Assembly: GCA_964016885.1 (NCBI GenBank)
Contig: OZ024762.1
Span: 1,488,001 to 1,552,000 of the forward strand
From: Eledone cirrhosa
Taxonomy: Eukaryota
Reading direction: 5' to 3'
DNA length: 64,000 nucleotides
The notes under the pieces are model-generated. The model saw only the letters and a list, made by a program, of their open reading frames with translations, searched no databases and had not been told where the DNA came from. The position numbers and the translations under genes are program-made. Shown here piece by piece: positions 27,080-38,582 of the stretch; the stretch's first letter is position 1, and the number at the start of each line of letters is the position of its first letter.

Positions 27080-28150
27080 GCCACACACACAGACCCACAG
27101 GCGCACACACACACACAGACCAACAGGCACACAGTCCCACGGACGCACACACAGACCCACGGGCGCACACACAGACGCACGGGCGCACACACAGACCCAC
27201 AGGCACACACACAGACCCACACAGACCCACAGGCGCACACACAGACCCACAGGCACACACATAGACCCACGGGCGCACACACAGACCCACAGGCACACAC
27301 ACAGACCCACAGGCACACACACAGACCCACAGGCACACACAGACCCACAGGCACACACACAGACCCACAGGCACACACACAGACCAACAGGCACACACAC
27401 AGACCAACAGGCACACAGTCCCACGGACGCACACACAGACCCACGGGCGCACACACAGACGCACGGGCGCACACACAGACCCACAGGCACACAGACCCAC
27501 AGGCACACACACAGACCCACAGGCGCACACACAGACCCACAGGCACACACAGACCCACAGGCGCACACACAGACCCACAGGCACACACATAGACCCACGG
27601 GCGCACACACAGACCCACAGGCACACACACAGACCCACAGGCACACACACAGACCCACAGGCACACACACAGACCCACAGGCACACACATAGACCCACAG
27701 GCAGACCCACAGGCACACACATAGACCCACAGGCACACACATAGACCCACAGGCACACACACAGACCCACAGGCACACACATAGACCCACAGGCATACAC
27801 ATAGACCCACAGGCACACACATAGACCCACAGGCACACACATAGACCCACAGGCACACACACAGACCCACAGGTACACACACAGACCCACAGGCACACAC
27901 ACAGACCCACAGGCACACACATAGACCCACAGGCACACACACAGACCCACAGGCACACACACAGACCCACAGGCACACACACAGACCCACAGGCACACAC
28001 ACAGACCCACAGGCACACACACAGACCCACAGGCACACACATATACCCACAGGCACACACACAGACCCACAGGCACACACACAGACCCACAGGCACACAC
28101 ACAGACCCACAGGCACACACACAGACCCACAGACACACACAGACCCACAT
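27080..28150. repeat. 20-bp minisatellite (~50 copies)
   Basis: Unit ACAGACCCACAGGCACACAC. Confidence 0.95.
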
Positions 28151-28508
28151 ACATACACACACACCACCAACTCTAAATATGAGGCTTTCACAACACACAA
28201 AACCCCCCACCTCAAAATTGTAGTGATGTGATGATGAGGGAGAGAGAGGAAGAGAGAGAGAGGAGGAGAGAGAGGGGGTGATAGAGAAGGGGAGGGGTAG
28301 TCTAATAACAGTAGAAAGAAGCAAAGAATGGGTAGGGGTGGGGGCTGGTGGTGGAGAGAAATGTGGCTTTAACAAGCCATATAATGGTTTGTCTTAATAT
28401 GTGTAGGGAGGTTGAGTGTGGTTCTGCATGTGTATATATATATATACACATGCACATGTATACATATGTATATATATATATTTAAACACACATATACATA
28501 TGTGTGTT

Positions 28509-28583
<75 letters not shown>

Positions 28584-29086
28584 GTATATATTTATACATA
28601 CACATGTATATATATATATATATATATATATTTTTACACACACACAGATACATACACATATATATATATATATACATACACACATGAATATATATATATA
28701 TACATATATGTAAATATATATATACACATACACACATATATATATACATATATATACACAAACATACACACATGTATATATACACACACAACTTCATATT
28801 TTCAATTCAATATTTCCTCTTTGTCTTAGTCAAGGTTTTTTTTCTTTTTTTTTTTTTTCTTTCTCTGCATTTTTCTTCTTTTTTAAAATTTTAAACTTTT
28901 TGAATTTTTTTTTTTTTTGTACTTCGTTTTGAACATCAGAAATTATGTACACGTATGTTTAGATGTGTGAAGATTCTTAAAAAAATACCCAACAAGAAGG
29001 AACTATCAACAACAACAACAACAACAACTTTCTCTTTCTTCCTTCATCCCCCCCCCCCTCTGCACCTTGAGTGAGGAGAGCCAGTG

Positions 29087-29205
29087 TTAGAGTTCCATAT
29101 CCTGGACTTCATCTTCGGAAAAATCACTCATAGAGCTCTCCGTTGAAGTTGATGTGTGCTCCTGCTCACGAAGGGCCTCTTCTGTTGCATATTTCTTCAC
29201 ATATT
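29087..29205 (-). CDS. UBE2H: UBE2H exon 7 (last coding exon)
   Basis: ttttcAG acceptor; (E)[38 protein letters not shown], matching the UBE2H acidic tail. Confidence 0.97.
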
Positions 29206-29319
29206 CTGAAAATAAATAAATCAATTTATTAATTTACTGATTAATTAAAAAGAAATAAATATAAAAATATTTTTAAAAATTGACAATTCACACCTGTGCA
29301 CATTTAGCTGGCCTCCTAC

Positions 29320-29722
29320 GTGGTCATGTAGGTGTCATGACAAAAAGCACCCAGTATACACTGTAAAGTGGTCATGTAGGTGTCATGACAAAAAGCACCC
29401 AGCCTACACTGTAAAGTGGTCATGTAGGTGTCATGACAAAAAGCACCCAGTCCACACTGTAAAGTGGTTGGTAGTGTAGGTGCCACAGTAAAAAGCACCC
29501 AGTCCACACTGTAAAGTGGTTGGTAGTGTAGGTGCCACAGTAAAAAGCACCCAGTCCACACTGTAAAGTGGTTGGTGTTAGGAAGAACATCCAGCTGTAG
29601 AAACCAAGCCAAAATCAGTTCTGTAATAGCAAGACATGGTCACCTAACCCAACTTGGCTCAAACAGGACAACCCGTCTAACCCATGCTAGCGTGGGAAAT
29701 GGACATTAAACGATGATGATGA
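29320..29722 (+). mobile_element. SINE family B with internally tandem-duplicated ~47-51-bp unit
   Basis: AAAAGCACCCAGTCCACACTGTAAAGTGG repeated 5 times, then GGTGTTAGGAAG core and (GAT)n tail. Confidence 0.7.
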
Positions 29723-29747
29723 TATAAAGAAACGGTAAATATTTCAC

Positions 29748-29876
29748 CTTGGATTTTCTTCTTATACTCCTCTGGTTTGTGCAGGTACATTGCTGCAGCG
29801 TCACCATTCAAAGGGTCAATGGGATTAGGGTAGGTTAATAACTGTGGCAAGAATGACTCAAATATATTGGACAAAT
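29748..29876 (-). CDS. UBE2H: UBE2H exon 6
   Basis: 129 nt, AG/GT flanked; [43 protein letters not shown]. Confidence 0.98.
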
Positions 29877-30216
29877 CTGAAAGAAAAAACACACAGGAAT
29901 ATAGAAAACAGGCTTGGATTAGGACAAATAATGCAAAGCAATCTATCTAATGTTCTATTGACTCTGCCAATTCACCACCATATACATACATATATATATA
30001 TATCGACAGTCGATCGACTTTCGTCAAATCGGACCGAGGAAACAATGTTTCCATTGGTCTTTCCAATTGCTATTACTATCGGTCGCAACTCCAGGTAGAA
30101 GGAGCACTGTGAAATAAAGTGTCTTCCTTAAGGACATAACGCACCTCCCGGTTCGGGAATTGAACTCACAACCTCACGATTGTGAATCCAATTCTCTAAT
30201 CACTCAGCCACGCGCC

Positions 30217-30256
<40 letters not shown>

Positions 30257-30689
30257 TAATTGTTTCTACTTGATAAAGATGTAGGGTTGTTACTGTATGC
30301 TTCTTTATAAGGCCTTTATATTTCAGGAAATAATCCCTTCATCAAATGGTTAATAGAAGAAAGTAGTTCAAATTAGTACTTTATTTATCAACCCTGAAAT
30401 GATGTAAGGCTAAGTTGACCTCGGCAGGCTTTGAACTCAGAGTGCAGTGAACTAGAAAGAAAAAAAATTACAGAAGTATTTGAATCTGAAGCAGCGATCC
30501 CACGAGGTGGAGCGACTGTTCCAGCACGTCTCCCTCGCTTTCCTCCAGGGCAATGTATTCTCCCTCCTGTCGACCAGGACCCTGAGGCGGAGAGTAAGTT
30601 AGTTGAAAGTGGAGTGACATGACTTTCTCTCTCTTTCTTTCAAAGTCTTCCTTATTTATACAGTGTATGCCATTGAAACATTAGTTCTT

Positions 30690-31030
30690 ATCTGATGACT
30701 ATTCACTGCATTCAGGGTGACATCTGCCTTTGAAAGAGATATATGCTGGTCCCCCACACATATCAGTTGTTGTACGTAAAAAGAGAGTAAGATTTGCAGG
30801 TCACTGCCATCGTGCCACCTACGAGGCTGTGTCTCCATTAGTGCTCTAGAAACTACAAGCACTCACTAATAACAGGGGGCGCAAGCTCTCCTATCCTGAT
30901 GTCATCTCTAGAGATTCTGGTATTGAAATCCAGGATTTGGCAGCGGCAATGAACGACAGATCCACGTGGAGATCAATTGTTGAGTCCATTTCGACTGAAG
31001 CCACCAGATGATGATGATGATGTTGATGAT
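30690..31030 (+). mobile_element. RTE-clade LINE 3' fragment
   Basis: RVRFAGHCHRATYEAVSPLVL..GRKLSYPDVISRDSGIEIQDLAAAMNDRSTWRSIV, then (GAT)n tail. Confidence 0.75.
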
Positions 31031-31091
31031 GATGATGATTCACTGCCTAACTGCATGAATAAACACACAAACTAATTATAAATAAACTTAC

Positions 31092-31144
31092 CATATAGTG
31101 CGGTCCACGCTTGGTTAATGACGTCCAAACACACCGTTCCCGAC
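31092..31144 (-). CDS. UBE2H: UBE2H exon 5 (catalytic Cys)
   Basis: 53 nt, ttgcAG / GTAAGT; (V)SGTVCLDVINQAWTALY. Confidence 0.97.
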
Positions 31145-31206
31145 CTGCAAATATTAATTTAAACATGAGAGAGAGTGACTTACTCCTCTTTTCCTATGTA
31201 GAAAGT

Positions 31207-31333
31207 TTAACCCTTTACCATTTACATTACTCTATATATACTATTGTATTTTCACAGCAAAGGCTTTACCTCCCATAATATCTCACATAACATTTACATT
31301 ACTCTATATATACTATTGTATTTTCACAGTAAA
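31207..31333 (-). mobile_element. Right end of the piggyBac-like MITE with ~1.7 satellite units
   Basis: TTAACCCTTTACCATT terminus followed by the reverse complement of the 72-bp unit. Confidence 0.8.
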
Positions 31334-31999
31334 GAGAGATGTGGCCCAGGAGGGGGCAAGAATGCCAGAAGTCTCCACTACCTTGACTAGGAGTTCAAGT
31401 CTTAGCCTGGATAATTGTAACTGGGAGAGGTTACAACTGCAGTTTCACCAAATATAAACAGTTTCTCAAGAGGCCAGATGTGCTGTCAACCCTCTCTCCA
31501 CACGCACACACAACAGATAGATTACACACATACACAGATATATTACACACACACACACATACACATATATTACATACACACAGATTACATATTCCTCATT
31601 CTCATGTCAACCACCTTACCATCAGACATACCAGCCATGTTACCCTGCATACACAGCCATAACATACATACCTGAAATATTTCCACCTCCACACACACAC
31701 ACCACACACACAACCACACCACTCACATACACCGCACACACAACCACACCACTCACATACACCGCACACACAACCACACACCACTCACATACACCGCACA
31801 CACAACCACACACCACTCACACACACACATTGCCCTACTTTCACACACACTGCTCCATATTTTCACATACTCAACCCTTTCCCTACCAAACCCCCTCAAC
31901 CTGGCCCTTTTTTTACAATACAAAGCTGTTTGTTTTATCTGAAAACTTGCCACCATTTACTGTTAAATATCTTTAAGTTATGCTTCAAACACCAGATAA

Positions 32000-32305
32000 A
32001 TAATTGTTTCTACTTTAGGCACAAGGCCAGCAATTACCTCAGTGTATTACTGGTACTTTATTTTATTGACCCCCGTGAGGATGAAAGGTAAAGTTAACCT
32101 CGGCGGGATTTGAACTTAGACCGTAAAGGGACGTAACTCTATGCTACAAAGCATGGCGTCCGACCCTCTACCGATACTGCCCAACACCAGATAAATAATG
32201 ATTTCTAGAACAAGGCCAGCAATTTGGAGGAAGGGGAAAGTCGATTATTTTATCGACCCCATAAAGATGAATGGCAAAGTTAACCTCAGCGGGATTTGAA
32301 CTCGG
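32000..32305 (-). mobile_element. Two SINE family A copies
   Basis: Matches the family consensus. Confidence 0.8.
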
Positions 32306-32510
32306 AACCCTGTATGGCCACAGTACACTTCTGTTAAACACACACATCTCAGATTTACCCACACTCATCTCAGATTTACCCACACACATCTCAGATTTAC
32401 CCACACTCATCTCAGATTTACCCACACTCATCTCAGATTTACCCACACAACAGTACTCCGTGTTGCTGTACTTAACATGTAGCATGAAAGTCAAAGAGAA
32501 ACTGACTTAC

Positions 32511-32550
32511 ACTTCATCGATGTTAGGATGGAATATTCTGTTCATAAAAC
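32511..32550 (-). CDS. UBE2H: UBE2H exon 4 (HPN motif)
   Basis: 40 nt, ttgcAG / GTAAGT; GFMNRIFHPNIDE(V). Confidence 0.97.
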
Positions 32551-32574
32551 CTGCAACAGACAAAATATAGCGAG

Positions 32575-32959
32575 ATTAGGGGTGGCTTAGTAGAGGGTGT
32601 CACTTTCAATGGCTATATTAGGGGTGGCTTAGTAGAGGGTGTCACTTTCAATGGCTATATTAGGGGTGGCTTAGTAGAGGGTGTCACTTTCAATGGCTAT
32701 ATTAGGGGTGGCTTAGTAGAGGGTGTCACTTTCAATGGCTATATTAGGGGTGGCTTAGTAGAGGGTGTCACTTTCAATGGCTATATTAGGGGTGGCTTAG
32801 TAGAGAGTGTCACTTTCAATGGCTATATTAGGGGTGGCTTAGTAGAGGGTGTCACTTTCAATGGCTATATTAGGGGTGGCTTAGTAGAGGGTGTCACTTT
32901 CAATGGCTATATTAGGGGTGGCTTAGTAGAGAGTGTCACTTTCAATGGCTATATTAGGG
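32575..32959. repeat. 42-bp tandem repeat (9 copies) at the 3' end of UBE2H intron 3
   Basis: Unit ATTAGGGGTGGCTTAGTAGAGGGTGTCACTTTCAATGGCTAT. Confidence 0.95.
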
Positions 32960-32994
32960 AGAAAATCCAACCTAAATATATTCCGAAGGGTCTT

Positions 32995-33330
32995 TGGAGT
33001 AAAGTTACTTGACAGAGTGTGTTGCTCAGAGATGAGAGAGTCACTCCAAGGAGAGCCGCTACTTCTCTGAATTAAGAGATCACAGCTCCGATACTATGGA
33101 CATGTGGTTAGAATGTCTCAGGATAGAATCACTGGACAGATTTTATGAACAAAACCAAACCGGCAGGAGACTCCAGGGGGTAGACCCTGAGTAAAGATGG
33201 TTGGATAACATCCCTGAATTTGTCTCGTCACTCTTGGGGATTCAGCCAGTTGGAGACAGTTACTTTTGACAGGACCTGCTGGAATGTCTGAGGACTCTGC
33301 CCCCATGACCCTCTCAGGAATAAGTAGACG
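32995..33330 (+). mobile_element. RTE-clade LINE 3' fragment (second family)
   Basis: LLDRV..SEMRESLQ..IKRSQLRYYGHVVRMSQDRITGQIL..GGRP with stops. Confidence 0.75.
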
Positions 33331-33337
33331 ATGAAGA

Positions 33338-33385
<48 letters not shown>

Positions 33386-33433
33386 TTCTTCATACACAAA
33401 TGCACAACAACAATGAATGTATGAAGCACTTAC

Positions 33434-33508
33434 CTATAGAGGGAGACTTAAATGGATATTTCTCTGGAAGATCAACCCTTACCTTCCAGACTCCACCTTC
33501 ATAAGGTG
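33434..33508 (-). CDS. UBE2H: UBE2H exon 3
   Basis: 75 nt, ttttcAG / GTAAGT; [25 protein letters not shown]. Confidence 0.98.
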
Positions 33509-33685
33509 CTGAAAATAATAAACAACAACTCATTAAGTCATCAGCATCTGTTTGTTTACTTAATAAACACATAATTAAATAAAAACACACACACCCGGAT
33601 GCAACATATGTGTAAACTAAGCACACAACACACAAAAAGAAGATGGTGTAGGACAGAAAGGAGACACACAAAATATAAAAACCCA

Positions 33686-33728
33686 GTCACTGAGGAGGTC
33701 ATAGAATGTGTGACGAAAGAGCTTTGAC
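33686..33728 (+). ncRNA. Minimal type I hammerhead ribozyme within a Penelope-like fragment (33590-33850)
   Basis: GTCA-CTGAGGA-G-GTCAT agaatgt GTGAC-GAAA-GAGC-TT-TGAC: stem I GTCA/TGAC, 5-bp stem II, minimal stem III. Confidence 0.7.
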
Positions 33729-33863
33729 AATATATAAACAACCAACCGGCCAACCAACTGGAAATTTATGATAATATAATAAATTGAAGTGAAAACCAAC
33801 AGGTGCATGTGTTTTTATTAGCAGCATGACCCACCCAAAGTATAACAATATATATATATATAT

Positions 33864-34050
33864 AGGAAAAGAGTCAGGACCCCAACGGCTGAGCTCCGGC
33901 CAGTTCAACAGCTAGATCCGGATGTAGTTGTCGAAACGGCTGGAGCTCAGCCGTCGGGGTCCTGATTTTTTTCCTATTACCCACTCTACTACCCTAAGTA
34001 TTGAGTACTCTGGTGCGTTATGGTTCACCTGGTATCTTACCACACCTTCT
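33864..34050 (+). mobile_element. Penelope-like fragment with fold-back and 3' half-hammerhead
   Basis: 33864-33977 palindrome; right arm GAAA-CGGCTG gagct CAGCCG-TC; then the GTATTGAGTACT terminus. Confidence 0.7.
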
Positions 34051-34077
34051 TTGTTTTATTTTTATATATATATATAT

Positions 34078-34124
<47 letters not shown>

Positions 34125-34125
<1 letters not shown>

Positions 34126-34457
34126 CGACCCAGCATGAATGTGTTGAGAGAGAAACTGTGTCTGAGAGGGATAGAATGTAGTGTACGGGAGACGAGACTG
34201 AGGTGGTATGGACATGTGATGCGCATGGAGGATGACCGATGGGTGAAGAAGTGCCAGGAAATGCCAGTAGAAGGAAGAAGCAGAAGAGGTAGACCACGAA
34301 AAACATGGGCGGAGGTGGTGAGAACAGACCTCAGATCATTGAAGCTCACGGTGGAAATGACGAAGGACCGTGACGAGTGGAGAGATGGCGTGCTGAATAG
34401 GACCCATCCCACCCTTGCAAGCAGGGAAAAGCGGACGTAAAATGATGATGATGATGA

Positions 34458-34460
<3 letters not shown>
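34125..34460 (+). mobile_element. RTE/RTE-X LINE 3' end
   Basis: RLRWYGHVMRMEDDRWVKK..GRSRRGRPRKTWAEVVRTDL..DRDEWR, then (TGA)n tail. Confidence 0.9.
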
Positions 34461-34500
<40 letters not shown>

Positions 34501-34503
<3 letters not shown>

Positions 34504-34892
34504 CAATATTAACTCAAATATCAAGTTTTGAAACGCAAGTCTATTAGAATTCGTAGGAAAATGGCAAAACTTGGCACAAGGAAGCTGTTAAATCAGCAAA
34601 ATGGCATTGAAACAGCATTGGGTAAAACATTACCTCGAAGGAAATCAGAGGCTTGAAATATATATATGTATATATATATGACTCGAGGTCGGCTGACTGA
34701 GGTAGAAGCTGCTAAATAGTCGGTCGTCCTCTTGTCTCTGATTTTCAGCCCCATGGATTATATCTGTTATATTCCTTTATTATATTTTGAATACCTGATG
34801 ATGTCACCGGATTCATACTGAACCGGGTCATTGAAATGATCATAGTATAATAAACCTTTCAAGGATTTACACCAGTCCAGCCTCTTGTTATC

Positions 34893-34895
<3 letters not shown>
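34501..34895 (+). mobile_element. Penelope-like element 3' fragment
   Basis: RKSIRIRRK..LLNQQNG resembles the GIY-YIG C-terminus; followed by a hammerhead and AATAAA; flanked by (TA)n. Confidence 0.6.
34791..34848 (+). ncRNA. Minimal type I hammerhead ribozyme
   Basis: ATAC-CTGATGA-[imperfect stem II with CCGG/TTCA tac TGAA/CCGG]-GAAA-TGATCA-TA^GTAT; palindromic stem III ATGATCAT. Confidence 0.7.
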
Positions 34896-34932
<37 letters not shown>

Positions 34933-34935
<3 letters not shown>

Positions 34936-35265
34936 TCATCATCATCATTTTACGTCCGCTTTTCCCTGCTTGCAAGGGTGGGACGGGAACTGATTCTGGC
35001 TTGGTTTCTACAGCTGGATGCCCTTCCTAACACCAACCTCATTTACAGTGAGTGATGGGTGCTTTTTTGCCGTGGCACCTCCACGACCACTTTGCAGTGG
35101 AATGATATGGACCCCAGTCCCTATCATCTCATTTCTACAGCTGAGTAAACTGGAGCAATGTGAAATAAAGTGTCTTGCTCAAGGAAACAACACATCACCC
35201 GGTCTGAGAATTGAACTCACAACCTTTCGATTGCAAGGCCAATGCTCTAATAACCACTGAGCCAA
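34933..35265 (-). mobile_element. SINE family B, full length (tRNA head, CORE-like block, Meta/MESC-like block, RTE tail)
   Basis: Minus strand GGCTCAGTGGTT A box, GAGTTCAATTC B box, CCTTGAGCAAGACACTTTA block, GGTGTTAGGAAGGGCATCC block and RTE tail. Confidence 0.8.
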
Positions 35266-35299
35266 ATATATATATATATGAATATACAAGACTTCTACC

Positions 35300-35451
35300 A
35301 CTAACTTTAGCTTTTAAACCGGCTGTAACTAGCCACTCATACTATTGTTCTCAAAATAAATAAATATCAAAAATCTCAGATTCCAGGTTATGTGAGATAA
35401 AGCCTTTACCATTAAAATACAATAGAGTAATGTAAAATGCTAAAGGGTTAA
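35300..35451 (+). mobile_element. Internally deleted piggyBac-like MITE with a single satellite unit
   Basis: Degenerate left TIR; right TIR TGCTAAAGGG-TTAA. Confidence 0.7.
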
Positions 35452-36859
35452 AAGGGTTTAGGGGCTTAAGCCCTTCCAATAATTTGTTTTAATAGAGTTG
35501 TGCTTTGGTTTTTACGACACTGATTTTGTCTTGACTATGTTAGTATGATGATGGTTTTAATGTCTTCCTTAGTCTCGTATTGGTGATAAATAAACGAGAG
35601 CTAATAATAATACACACGTACAGTATATATATAACGTACGTGTGTATACAAGTTCTGATAAGGGTTCATATATAATAATAATGAAATTATTGTGTACAGT
35701 GTTCAGGTGCAACACCTCTATTGTGGATTACGCTGCGTTAGTGCTTTCGCTAATATTATACAGTATGGCTGGGGAGAAAACAGGATGGTCATGGCTGTAA
35801 CGCCGCCTACGAACAACAGAGAGGGGGGAGGAGAAAAATAAGGGAGAAAGAGGGAGGGAAGAGAGGAGAGAAAGAAGGGAAGACAGAGGGGAGAAGAAAG
35901 AAAAAGGGAGAGAGAGAGAGAAGGGAAAAGAGAAGAGGAAGAGGAGAAAGAAAAAGGGAGAGAGAGAGAGAAGGGAAAAGAGAAGAGGAAGGGGGGAAAG
36001 AAAAAGGGAAGAGAGACCAACAAACAAGTAATGGTGGTGGTGGTGGTGGCAGCAGAAAATGAAGAACAAGAGTTACTTAGCTAAGGGAGAGAACTCTTAT
36101 TCGACTCTTTAGTGACATCAGGTAAGTTTGCTATTGAAAGCAGTTTGTAGACAAAGGGAAAGAGGAAAAAAAAGATTTGTTTACATTTTCGCTGGTGTTT
36201 TTGTTGTTGCTGTTGTCAACATTCATTCATCATCATCATCATTATTATTATTATTTATTATTATATCTGTTCCTCCTCCAACATGCAATCAATGTGAGTG
36301 TGGAGTGACTGCATTTACAGTAACAGCAGCGAAAGAAAGCTTGCACCGCCGCCGCCACCACCATCACAACATGCTGAGTACATTATGAGTTCTCTCTCTC
36401 TCTCTCTCACTCACTCTCTATATCTATCTATCTATCTCTCTCTCTCTATCCATCCATCTATCTGTCTCTCTCTCTATCTATCTCCCTATCTCTCTATCAA
36501 TCTATCTGTCTCTCTCCCTATCTCTATCCTCTGTATCAGAGTGTATTACTGGTACTTTATTTTATCGACCACGTAAGGATGAAAGACAAAGTTAACCTTG
36601 GCAGGATTTGAACTCAGATCATAAAGGGCCGTAACTCTTTGCTACAAAGCATGGCGTCAGACCCTCTACCGATACCGCCAATTCACCGCCTAATATATAT
36701 AATATACTAAACTAGTCTAAACTGGTAACTCCCAATCTCTCTCTCTCATTCCCTTTTGTCCATTGTGGTGTATGTAAGTGTGTAAAAGATAAATACTTTC
36801 CCTATGTAAAGGGGAGAGGTGTAAAAAAAGCAGCAGTCAATTTCTTCTCCCACTTATTC

Positions 36860-37400
36860 CTGAGGTCATGGGGACAGAGTCCTCTAACACTCCTTCCAGT
36901 GGGTCCTGTCAGAAGCAACTGTTTCCAACTGATCCAGCTGGATCCCCCAAGTGAGACCAGCCAAACTCATGGATGTTATCCAACCATCTTGCTCAGGGTC
37001 TACCCCTGGGTCTCCTGCAGTTGGTTTTGACCATAAAATCTGTCCAGTGATTCTCTCCTGAGACATTCTAACCACATGCCCATAGTATCAGAGCTGTGAT
37101 CTCTTGATTCGGAGAAGTAGTGGCTCAAACTAGAGCAACTCTCTGATCTTCTGAGACATTCTAACCATATGTCTGTAGTATCAGAGCTGTGATGTCTTGA
37201 TTCGGAGAAGTAGCAGCTCTACCTGGAGTGACTCTCTCATCTCTGAGCTACGCACTCTATCGAGTAACGTTACTCTAAAGAGCAAGATGGTTGGATAACA
37301 TCCATGAACTTGGCTGGAAACATTTGAGGATCCAGTTGGAGACAGTTGTTTCTGACAGGACCCACTGGAAGGAGTGTTTGAGGACTCTGCCCCCATGATC
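36860..37400. mobile_element. RTE LINE fragment with inverted duplication of its 3' end
   Basis: 36860-37278 is minus-strand RTE; 37279-37398 is an inverted copy of 36860-36995. Confidence 0.75.
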
Positions 37401-37829
37401 TTTTCAGGGCAAAGAAGAACTGTACATAAAATAGATCCACTCAATCAATCGGAGCTGACCTAGGGCTAAACACCATCATCCCCATCATCATATACTCAAG
37501 ATGATTTAATAGACAATACACATTCCATCATCAGTATCATCACCACCACCGCTGTTGATATCCAATCCCCACCACTATCACCACGACCCTCACCCCCACT
37601 GTCACGTCCACCACCCCACCACCACCAGTACCACCACTACCAACACCACCCCACCACCAACATCACCAGTACCACCACCACCCCACCACGAGTACCATCA
37701 CCACCCACCACCACCCTACTGCTGTAGTTTGGCCTTGTGCCTAGCCAATGTTAATCAACATTGTAATATAATCCTAATCTTCTTTAATAACATCAAGAAA
37801 CCTATTATTATTATCATTATTATCATAAT

Positions 37830-38040
37830 TAAGGGTGGTAGATTGGCTGAGTCGTTAGTGAGTCGGCCATGCTTTAGGGCATAGAGTTACGTCCCTTTAC
37901 CTTCTCAGTTCAAATCCCGCCAAAGTTAGCTTTGCCTTTCATCCTTACGGAGTCGATAAAATAAAGTACCAGTAATACACTGTGTTCAATTTAATTGACT
38001 TTTCCCCTCCCTCCAAAATTATTGGCCTTGTGTCTAAATC
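37830..38040 (+). mobile_element. SINE family A copy (others at 20760-20915, 36538-36692, 52015-52650, 61507-61667)
   Basis: A box, B box and central domain. Confidence 0.8.
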
Positions 38041-38054
38041 AGAAGAAGAAACTG

Positions 38055-38582
38055 CCATGTAGGGTGGCGACACCTCTTAATGTAGGACTGGCACAACAAA
38101 TCCATGTAGGGTGGTGACACAAATGTAGGACTGGCACAACAGTTAAAGCCATGTAGGGTGGTGACACAAATGTAGGACTGGCACAACAGTTAAAGCCATG
38201 TAGGGTGATGACAGTGTAGGACTGACACAACAATTAAAGCCATGTAGCTTTTGCTCATTCATGTAGTAAATACATGTAAAGTAGTTAGTACATAGGCTAC
38301 ATGTGAAATAGTTAATACATGCACTATATGTAAAAGCTTCATATAAAATAGTTAATACATGTGCTACATGTAACAACTACATGTGAAGTAGTACATGTGC
38401 TACATGTAACAACTACATGTGAAGTAGTATATGTGCTACATGTAACAACTACATGTGAAGTAGTACATGTGCTACATGTAACAACTACATGTGAAGTAGT
38501 ACATGTGCTACATGTAACAACTACATGTGAAGTAGTATATGTGCTACATGTAACTACATGTGAAGCAGTACATATGCTACAT
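38055..38582. repeat. Two adjacent minisatellites (~47-bp unit at 38055-38248; 36-bp TACATGTA-rich unit at 38355-38582)
   Basis: Units GCCATGTAGGGTGGTGACACAAATGTAGGACTGGCACAACAGTTAAA and ACATGTGCTACATGTAACAACTACATGTGAAGTAGT. Confidence 0.9.

Noticed and set aside
27016-28375. Cys-rich metallothionein- or keratin-like ORFs
   Set aside because: All three frames are open through a 20-bp minisatellite; artefact
1-29000. miR-96/182/183 (miR-263) cluster, expected from vertebrate synteny with UBE2H
   Set aside because: No TGGCACT-seed hairpin found by eye on either strand
32575-32959. CRISPR-like or telomeric array
   Set aside because: Units are identical with no spacers; TTAGGGG occurs once per 42 bp; eukaryotic intron
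35170-35265. tRNA gene
   Set aside because: The A and B boxes belong to SINE heads; no complete cloverleaf
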